This document shows positions 26,201 through 36,800 of a DNA stretch of 64,000 bases, one piece after another (the first letter of the stretch is position 1; each line of letters opens with the position of its first letter). Both the position numbers and the translations under genes were made by a program. Under the pieces are notes generated by a model. The model was not told the origin of the DNA and ran no database searches. It saw only the letters and a program-made list of their open reading frames with translations. The stretch comes from Bugula neritina (Eukaryota > Animalia > Bryozoa): NCBI GenBank assembly GCA_964035545.1, contig OZ037773.1, forward strand, positions 525,751 to 589,750, read 5' to 3'.

Positions 26201-27946
26201 TTGTTACAACCCAAGAGCTGTAGACTGTGGGAAGAAAGTTGATGACTCATACTAACAGAGTTATTACAGATACAGCTATACAGGTAGGTGAAGAGATTAT
26301 ACAATATTTACATATGTAAATACTACAATAGTCTCAATAGTATTCAATTATCTCCCCTGCCACTCCCAGACAGAGGCTGTTTCTAGGACTTTGATTGCTT
26401 GTAGACAAGCTCAACTCATAGAAACAAAATATTTGTCAGCAAATATGTATTCACTGATTTTCTGATAAATTTAATCAGCAAGTCAAACACAAGTTGCTGA
26501 ATTCATGTAGACAATCCAATCAGCATCTGATTGGTTGTCTTTGTTCGTGGCAAGTGATGATTATATTTTCAATAAAATTAATGGAAGCAAATCCTTCAGT
26601 TATCCTTAGAACTGTTGAATTGAGAAACATTTTATTAAATGGATTTTACAATGATTGTGGTTTCCATCACCCTGCATGGTAGAGTTAATCTTATATTATA
26701 CTATACAATATTGAATAATTGTACAATAATTCCTGCATCCAAACATATGAATGTATATTTATCACTACTTCTACTAAACATAATGGGTGTAATTATTTGT
26801 GAATAACTAATTTGAGAAGGTTTTATGAACCTAAGAGTATAAGTTATTTTGATATTACAAGAACATGCTAGCTGTAATTTACTATTGAGAAATGAATTAT
26901 TACTTATAACAATTTCATTGTTGTATAACTTAGTTTTATAAATGCTTAAGTTTTATCATACAGTATTATGATAAAATATGAAGTTTGCATACAACTGAAA
27001 TTCAGTAAGAATATGATTACTGTAGAGTTTTATAATATAATTATGTATTAACCTACTTCTCTTTTGTATATATTCTATAAAAAATTCCGGCTTCAAATTT
27101 ACATATTACTGTTCATACTTTTGACTGTAAAAGATTAATATTCTTATATAATATAATCAAATATACTTTTAATGTATAACATAATAATATAAACATGATA
27201 TATACAACAACTATTTCTGTACAAGAATATAATATAAAGATTCTGTCAAAAGGTATTTAAATAAATGGTGCAATAATAAAATATAATTACAGTTAAAAGA
27301 AGAAAGTATATACATTGGCAGCTTATAATATGTTTCTACTTTTATGGTGAAAATTGAGAAAAAATAAATATTGCAATGTTTTTATTATAATTTCAAAACC
27401 ATGAAACATAATTGAGAGTTTCGCTAGATGTAGTGACAGCACCTATGTGACGGCTGCAGCTGATTGGCTGTAAGAAAAGCTCCAGACGAGCACTAGCTAT
27501 TCCATGATAACCAGTGTTGCTGGAGTGAGTTGAGCTCAAGAGAAAATCTATCAGAGAAAGGAGGTATATTTCAGTGAGAAGTCATTGAACTTTGACCTGC
27601 TTTGCAGCGCAAGACATCAATCAATATCTTACTCACTAATCTAACTGAGTTGAATTTATAAATGAACTAAACTTCATTTTACTGCTTAGATATGGGTTTA
27701 AGTATATAACTGGCTAATAGAATAGAACAAACAGATACACCTAAATCCCATTGGTACCCTGAACTATATAATAATATCAAATCTGCAATAATTTTTTAAT
27801 TGCAAAATTAAAATTTTCACTAAAAGCATTATAGATCTTATATAATGCATGCAGCAACTATTTCATATTTTATATTTATTTGCAAAAATTGAAATAAATT
27901 TATATATTTGTAAAATATAATATAGCAAACATGCAATATCTAATTA

Positions 27947-28107
<161 letters not shown>

Positions 28108-29647
28108 CCAACATCACATAACACTTACTGCATTGAGTAACATATATGATATATTATTATTTTTAAATATATACATAAATGTACATAAGCCAGCATGTGC
28201 TTTGAATATTATATAGTGATATTTTATATTGGCATATAACATAGTGAAAAGTTTCTAGCTTCATGTTGTTTACATATTGTTAAACTTGTATAATATACAG
28301 TAAACTGCCTGCCCTTTCACATTGTATGTTCACTTTTCATTTCAAACTTTCTGATTGTCAGCTAAACACCACTTTATTATTTCATTGAAAGCTGAAATGA
28401 CTAAATTAAGTTAGTCACATTAAACTCTTGCATAAAGCAACTCCTAGTTGACACAGCACACAATTCACACTGTAGACAATTATACTTAGTAAACGTAATT
28501 CAAACATATACCTTCAGTATACACACACACATAGCTGGTACTTAAATGTTAAATATATAAAGAAGTTTAATAACTTGAGCATATATATTCTAAGTTAGCT
28601 ATTGTTAAAATCAATAGCTTGTCTGTATAGCACTGCACTGGATCAATATATGAACTGAATTAGGCATCAATTATTCAATATAATACTTATATATAACACA
28701 TTGCTTTATGCCTCTATTGGCTTTAGTATTCAAATATATTCTGAATTTTAGGATCGATCAGTGCATTATAGTCTTTCCTTTTACAGTTTTTGAACAATAT
28801 ATTCTGAGCTGTACATCTCCAGCACCATTTTATTTACTTCTAAATAGAGGACAACTCTCAACACTTTCTATATACCTTGTAATATCTTCCTAAATAATAT
28901 CCTAACCAGTGGGAATAGTCAAGCATAGCTAGTGGTTAAATTCATGCTCTGTTTCCTCTCTATTCATCATATAGAACATAATATGGTCTCTGTTTTAAAG
29001 ATGTAATCGTTGGGCATTGAAACATGCTAAGAGGATTTACCACAAAATAAATGATGTGTATATATTATTATGGTGAATAGTATTAATATAATAGATGTTG
29101 GCATTTAGACTTATCTCCTCTTTTATGTTTACTATTCTTTTTAGTTGAAATCTATTGCTCTTCTTGACATTGCCAGTTTGTAGTAGTTAATTTCTACATA
29201 ACTTGGGACATGTACTCAGCTATTTTTACAAAATTGACTATAACCATAATTTTATGGTTATAGTCAATGAATAAAAAGTTCTAGTTCAGAGGTTATAGTT
29301 CAACATTTGCCTAATTATGCACTACATTTTCAATAGATTTCTGATATTATGTTTAACTCTTCAGTTTGTCCTTATTTTTAAGAGATTTAAAGGATAAGGC
29401 ATATAAATCCATTAAATAATGGGTTCACCAAACTGTGCTCAACTGGTGAAAGACCTACTAACAAAATTATATCCAGCATTGTACAAGCTTAGCACTAGTA
29501 ATGTTACCAGAGTTGTATGCTCATGTATGAATTACATTTTTTAGGGACAATAACTCTAACTCAGGACCCACTATGAAAAAATAAACAATAAGATAATAAT
29601 AAATATATTCATAAGTAATAGCAATATAGGAGTGCAACTGTCTAGAG

Positions 29648-29939
29648 TAGTGGTGTCCAGCCTTTTTGGATTGAGGGCCACTGAAATAGAATTTTCTATT
29701 GTGCAAATTTTGCTTAGTCTGGGGGGCACAGCATCAGCAGTTTTCTAATTACTTTTATTTAAACTCCTATGAAATATTAAACACAATGAAGTCTCAATGA
29801 TTATATTGCATGTTTTAGCATACATAAAAAAAAGACATTTAAAAGGTGGTTTGCCCACTCTAATTCATATATGTACACAAAATAATTGTATCTGTTATGC
29901 CTTTGAGGGTCACATTAGTGTATAGGCTGGGCAGCCCTG
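29648..29939. mobile_element. hAT (Charlie-like) non-autonomous element / MITE
   Basis: Imperfect TIRs tagtggtgtccagcct ... aggctgggcagccctg. 8-bp flanks gtctagag / gtctagat match the NTCTAGAN target preference of Charlie elements. Confidence 0.7.
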
Positions 29940-31487
29940 GTCTAGATGTAGGAGGATACTACAGTTCATAGCTGGTGTTCTCAGTCAACCGCAGGTACGT
30001 TTCTCTCTGTTTTATAGAAATAATGTTATAGGCCTATACTAGCAGTTTTTGTATAATTGAATAGTAGTCAAAGTGATTGCCCAGGAGCTAGTAATTACCT
30101 AATCCCAGTTTAATTAGGCTACACTCAATAAATGCATGGTTTTAATTCCTTTTCCTCATGGGTTGATATGCATGTTTTCCATACAACTAACGGTTGCACT
30201 AAGAATTATGGCTACGCTTATCAACAGCATGATGTACTACACTCTACAGTACTTGTTATTTGTTAATATACAGTAAGCTAGTAAGAAAAAATACTCCATA
30301 TCATTTGTTATTAATTTCAACTACTGTAGTTCAAAGCCATATATATTAGTAATCCCAAAATAATAATCCAGTGATTATAAAGCAGTTTGTTGGGATTATC
30401 TGTTCAGAGAGGAAGAACCATAGGAAGGGGATAGTGTGCAGATAATGATCACACAGAGCATTGGTTTCTAAGACACAGTTTATTGACCTAGCTGCAAGCC
30501 TATTCTATTGCAAATTATGTTGCAAACTTTGAACATGAAGGTACTTGCAGGTGAAAAATGCTGAGTGGAATTAGTTACGACATCGCAAATAATTTGATAA
30601 TAATTTACATCAGTTCCACAGTGCTATATATTTACATAGAAATTGCTCCAGGGGCTCAACATACACTACCTTAGCACCTATAAGTTTGCCACACCAGATG
30701 TAATACTCTGCAGAATGTTTACCAACAGGAAATGATGTGAGGATCTGATTTCCAGACTGAGCACCAAAATGCTATACAACTAATTAGTATTTCAAAGAGA
30801 TTCTTCCACCATAACTTTGCAGTACAGGGAGATTATGAAATTACAGCAAAGACAATTACTTTCTGTAGGTTTGCTATTCCTCAGCCTGTACTGACCAGCC
30901 TTTGGTGCACAACACTAACCGATTATAGAGGTTGTATTATGGAGATTTGTCAGCATAAGACTAAGTCTGCTGCAGCTATAATCAGTTTAGCAGCAGTGGA
31001 GGCAGAGGTGAAAGTAGGTCATCAGCCTGCTGCCGGTAGATGTCATTAGCAGCAATGTATTGTTAGTGTCAACATTTCACAGTGAAGCTAGTATGCTGCT
31101 ATATAATATACTAACTCAGGTACAGTCTAATGTGCAGCCACTGTAGACAAATATGTGTCAATTACTTTCAGCTACAAGGCTTTCAGCTGCTAGAGAGAAA
31201 CATTTCATCTGTTAACTCAAGAAACTATATTTAGTAATGCAAATATAAGTGGTGACTTTATATAACAGCTCAAAGAAATATCTAAAATAAAACAGCTAAG
31301 CTATCCATGCAGGAAACAACAGGAAAATATGTGACAAATAGATATATATATATATTACATTTGTTACGCTACTACATAAGATGTGTAAACATTAAGTATA
31401 TATCTTATACATCCAGAGCTCTGTAAAATCAGCTGGGAATTGACAAGAAGGTTAGTTGAACAAAGATCTGTAGCTTGACTGAAGGGG

Positions 31488-33345
31488 TTAGTTACTCTGG
31501 CCATGACACTTGTACTTCCAGATGAAGAATGAGGAGACGTTCAGGATTGCCATAAACACAAGAAAGCCAACAACGTACACAGCATCCAGTCTGTAGGGAT
31601 AATCCTTCAGCACTGAAATTATACAACATAGTCTAGAGCTGAAATGTTCCCTAATTTCAACTCATTTAAACCTGAAAAGTTGGTGAAACATCAGTTGGCA
31701 TAAATGACAACTTTATTTTAGGCTTTTACTAAAAAAACTCCAAATAAAATGTTTAACACACTGATTAGATGAGCAACAACAAACTAATATGATACTATTG
31801 GCTAGTATTCCAAATAACAAGGTGAAAGGCATTTACTAATATTTCCTATAAAACTATAAAGTTTATAATCACCATCCCTGTGAGAAAGGATTTTTGTTAA
31901 ATCAAGCTAAAGACTTATTCAGATGGGGCACAAGAGAATTTAGAGAATATTGATATTAGAACACAGGCCAAGACAAAACTATTCAAACATTAAGAGAACC
32001 AATAAGACTATGTGCAACACAGCAAAATAACATTTTAAACAATGAAGATATGCTCAAACAAATGATTGTGAGAACAGTTACCAACAATTGGCATTACACT
32101 GATTGAATTTATTTGTAAACTATATACTGATAATGTTAACTGTAAGTTTTTGGAGGCTTTTTCAAGGTGAAATTTAATTTTGATACAAGTCAGCCTGTGT
32201 CTAGACAGGGAAAGTAAATCAAGGAAATATCTGAGCTGAATGACTATGAGTTTTATCACATTGTCCTTGTGCTTGTGTGAGGGCATGGGGTTAGGATTTG
32301 AATTTTTTGAATTGTTCAAATTGAAAGCCCATCTAATATACCATCATAACTAATTTGAAAACATCTTTGATCCAGCAAAATGAAAATCCATTAATTTTTA
32401 GCAAAGGTTCAAATTAAAGCAAAATTTAATACAATTACAAGTACATACTAGTAAATCTTACCAATTAATATTATCGTAATTATTGGACTTAGTATTATAA
32501 TTAAAGTATGAGTATGAGTACCAGTATCATTATCAATTTGAGTATCTCTCTTATCCGTTATCACTATATTTTTTATCACTAGCATGACTAATCACTATCA
32601 GTATCAGTAATGAGTTTGAGCTGATGGTCAATGATGGTAGTACTAGTAACACTAACATATTGATATAGGTCATACCCACTGTTATGAGATAATAAATTTA
32701 TTAAAATTAAATGACAGTTAAGAAATTGTACCCATAGTCACTATCATAGATGACAATGTGAGTGTATCATCATCACTATCAGCATGAGCATCACTATGAC
32801 TCTCAATGTCGGTGTAACTTGACCTGTATTAGATGTGACAATCACTATGAGTATGAGTAAGAAAAAACCATAGTGATAGCAATATTTGATACGTGAGTGT
32901 CATATTTATCGTGAAAATTGAATATCAAACTCGGTCAGTCATTCACTTTCACATTGTCATAAATACAACTATGAATTAAGCACAAGCCCAAGGTGATTGT
33001 CATTACAGTTACACTTACTTAATACATTTGCCTTTGGCTTTGCGACGCTAACACTAACAGTAACAGTTAATTATCATAATAATGATAATCATAATGATAA
33101 TACTGTCACTGTTATACTCAATTTTTATCTTATAGTTCTACTCACTACTCAGTATTATTAGTACTACTACGGCTACTACTAGTACTACTGCAACTTCAAA
33201 TTCAAGTTCAACTTGAAGTTGAACTTCATTTTCAACTTGTGTCAAATTGAAATTAGCCTAAACACTTACCATGGCGAGCTGCATAACATCCTTGTTGCAA
33301 AAAGCATACCATGATTGAAAGCACAGTTAACATCTTAGTATACAT
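31488..33345 (-). CDS. 66-aa single-pass membrane microprotein with signal peptide (family not recognised)
   Basis: join(33270-33345, 31488-31612). Donor CATG|gtaagt, acceptor ataatttcag|TG, phase 1/1. Translation: MYTKMLTVLSIMVCFLQQGCYAARHVLKDYPYRLDAVYVVGFLVFMAILNVSSFFIWKYKCHGQSN*. It has a hydrophobic leader, a TM segment of about 22 aa and a basic stop-transfer WKYK. Confidence 0.75.
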
Positions 33346-33449
33346 CCTAAAGGTTTGACTTTGAGTGCTAACACAAGTAATTAGAAAATATCAAAATTTA
33401 GAAATGTTTTCTCACTATCAGCAACTGAAACTACAACCAAGACTGAAGC

Positions 33450-33861
33450 TTACGAACTCCGGCAAATCTAACAGTATTGTAATCTCGCAGGTACCGAATT
33501 GTCATCATATGATTTATATCACGCAGACTAGAGTCAACTCGGACTATTATCAAAACCGTGTTTCAGAAAGGATAACTTTAAAAAATAAAAATAGAACATC
33601 TCTGCTCTACACGTGATTACTTGTTAAATCTGGAGTTGTGCTTTCATTTCAGTACTCCGTTGCAACATGACCAACCATAACCTTGACCTTGACCAAAGCT
33701 TTGTCCAATCACACTCTAATAATCCAGCACTATTTTCAAATCAAACTCACTCTTCAATTTACTTGCGAAGTTAAAAATTATATATAATTTTAAGAGTTTG
33801 ATTTGTTTTTAACATTCCTTACGCAGCATTCTAATGTCTATTTTATAACACAACATTTAGA
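33450..33861. promoter_or_regulatory. Putative bidirectional promoter between the microprotein gene (-) and ARHGAP11-like (+)
   Basis: The divergent ATGs are about 517 bp apart. Contains an E-box cacgtg (33610), TGACCTTGACC (33684), CCAAT (33705) and a possible non-coding-exon donor on the minus strand (GTTC|gtaagc, 33453). Confidence 0.5.
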
Positions 33862-36800
33862 ATGTCTTATTTTTATAAATCAATTGATAAACAAGCAGTT
33901 AAAGGTTTTATTTGTGAGGATCTGCGAGTTTTTGGCATTAAAGTACCCAAATTAGAAAAGCTCGAGAAGAAATCTGTAGCTGAAAGTGAATATCAATCTC
34001 AATCTGGGTCTGATATTCATTCCGTAGATGCTAGAAAAACATCATCATCACACATACAAGTAAGAAAATTTTTTGATTGTAACGTTTGTGTTGAATGTGT
34101 GGCCATTGTGTATAGTATTTATTATGAAATACGTTATTGATTGCTGATTTAAATTATCGAGCAAACTGACTGACTGATTTAATTATTTGATAATAAAATA
34201 TTTATTAGAATGAAAAACAGCGTGGTGGTTTTGTATAATATGAAACGGAAGAGAAGGTAAACAAGTATACAGCGATTCTAGTAAAGCAATTAGTTAGCAT
34301 ATTGTCACGTGATTGTCATGAATGTGATTAGCGATAGGATCGCATGATTGTTTCTCAACACGCCCCCTCAAGCATGTGATTCGATAGCTAGTAGCTCCAG
34401 GGCAATTCTGTGATTGGTTTTAGGCAAGCTCTTAGTCATGACATTGGCGGGGTTCTGAGCTCCTCTGATGTGTTGGTATGCTATGGTGGTTTGCTCTCTG
34501 ACAATGTGGAATCTAATGTCAATGTGTTTGCTCCCCTGATGTAAGTATGGTTGTCCCTTAGTGAGGGCAATGGCTCCAAGGTTGTCAGTGAAAAGTGTGT
34601 TAGGGTTAGGCTGTTTCATCTTGAATGTTTTGCACAAAGTCTGTAGGAATAGCATCTTCTTTGTGGCTTCGGCTAATGCCATGTATTCGGCCTCGCATGA
34701 TGATAAGGCCACTGTGGGTTGTCGTCGGCTGTTCCAACTTATAGGGGCTCCACCCAGGGTGAATACATATCCTGTTGTTGATCTTCGTGTGGAGGTTTCT
34801 CCACCCCAATCTGCATCCACATAGCCCACTAGTTCTTGTTGATTGGGAGTGAATCTCAGATTAAATCCTTTTGTACCTTTAAGGTATCGTAGCAGCCGTT
34901 TCAAGGCAGCAATATGTGCAGGTCCAGGTCTTTCTAGGTGTTGGGAGAGCTTCCCAATGATCCATGCTAGGTCTGGACGTGTGGCGGTCATCAGGTATAT
35001 GAGAGAACCTATAACTTGTCTGTAGGGGTAGTCCTTTGAACGCTCATATTCGTCGTCTGTTGCTTTTTCTAGTTGTAAGTCCTTTTCAGCAGGAGTATAT
35101 ACAGGGTTGCAATCTGCCATATTGTAGGTGTTCAGCAGTGTGTCTATGTAGCGCTCCTGTGACATAGTGTACTGGTCCTCATGTCTCTTGAAGTCTATCC
35201 CCAGGAACCAGCTTAATTCTCCTCTATCATCCATGTTGAATTTTTGTTGCATCATAGATTTGGTTTGTGTGATTCTGTTGTCGTCTCGGCAGCAGAGAAG
35301 GATGTCATCAACCCAGAAAAGAATGATGATGTTGGCTGATTTATCTGAAGGGTCCTCTTTTGAGTATAGACAAGGGTCTCCAGCACCAGGTGTGAAGCCT
35401 TGCTCCTTGAGGAAAGTGGTCAGTGTTTGGTGCCAATTGCGTCCGCTTTGCTTGAGGCCATAAATGGATTTGTTGAGACGACAAGAAAGCTTCCCTTGTT
35501 TGTTGGTTTCTTCGTACCCTTCAGGCTGTTGTAGATAAATTTCCTTATCGATTGGTGCGTTTAGGTACGCTCCTTTAACATCTAGTTGATGTATTTTCAT
35601 GTTTTCATTTGCTGCTTTCTGTAACAGCAATCTGATGGATGTGAATCTGGTGGTTGGACTGTAAGTTTCTTCATAGTCAACTCCTTGTATTTGTGAAAAT
35701 CCTTTTGCTACATATCTAGCTTTATGTTGAGTTTCACCTGGCGTTTTTCCCTGTTTGAGGGTATAAACCCATCTGCCCTTGGTCTCTGTCCTGTCTTCAG
35801 GTAACGGCTGGATAGACCAGGTGTTTGAATCACGTAGGGTGTTTATTTCCTTGTCCATGGCTTTCTTCCAGGCTTCTTTATCTTTTGAATTTACAGCTTC
35901 TTGGTAGGACTGTGGTATGTTTGCCATCAGTGAGCAAGCATAGTCAGTGTCTTCTATGTCATAGTCCTGTAGGTATGTAGGAGGCTTTCGTTTCCGTTCC
36001 GATTTACGTGGTCCAGGTTGGTTGGTGGCCTTTGCCGGATCTGGTGCAGGTTCTTGTGGCATGGTATTCTGAGTACCATTTCTGCTGTTTAGTGCGGGTC
36101 CTTGTGGCATGACGTTCATTGCGTCATTTCCGCATATTTGTGCAGGTTCTTGTGGCATGGTATTCTGAGTACCATTTCTGCTGTTTTGTGCGGGTCCTTG
36201 TGGTATGACGTTCATTGCGTCATTTCCGCATATTTGTGCAGGTTCTTGTGGCATGGTATTCTGAGTACCATTTCTGCTGTTTTGTGCGGGTCCTTGTGGT
36301 ATGACGTTCATTGCGTCATTTCCGCATATTTGTGGTATGACATTTCTGGATGTAACAATTTTCTGATTAGGGGTAAGTATAAGGTAGCCTTGGGCCTTTG
36401 TGTTGACACCAAGATATATGCCGCTTTGTCCGCGGTCACTGAGTTTTAACTTATTTCCCTCTGAGTAGAATGTGCATTGGGATCCAAAATTGTGGATTTT
36501 CCTCATGTCGGGTAGCGTGCCTGTGAATAATTCATAGGCTGTCTTTCCCGTCCGTCTCTGGTAGCTTCGGTTTCTTAGGTACTTGGCATGGTCAGCGGCG
36601 AAACTCCAGAAAGTCTTGGGGAGATTTGAATCTTTGAGTAGGCATCGTGCTGTGTCCATTATGGTGCGCCAAGTCCTCTCTGATTTACCATTCTGGTAGG
36701 ATGAGTAGGGTGCTGTAGTGGTGTGTTTGATTCCCCTCTCGCGTAGCACGGCTTCAAATGGCTGTCCAAGGTACTCCATGCCGTTGTCAGTATGGATCTC

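Noticed and set aside
33735-33740. TTCAAA as a CHR cell-cycle element in the ARHGAP11 promoter
   Set aside because: The hexamer is too frequent in this AT-rich DNA to support without a mapped TSS.
34060-34140. 3' part of ORF 33862-34140 (VRKFFDCNVCVEC...), superficially zinc-finger-like
   Set aside because: Read-through past the CAA|gtaaga donor into intron and LTR sequence.
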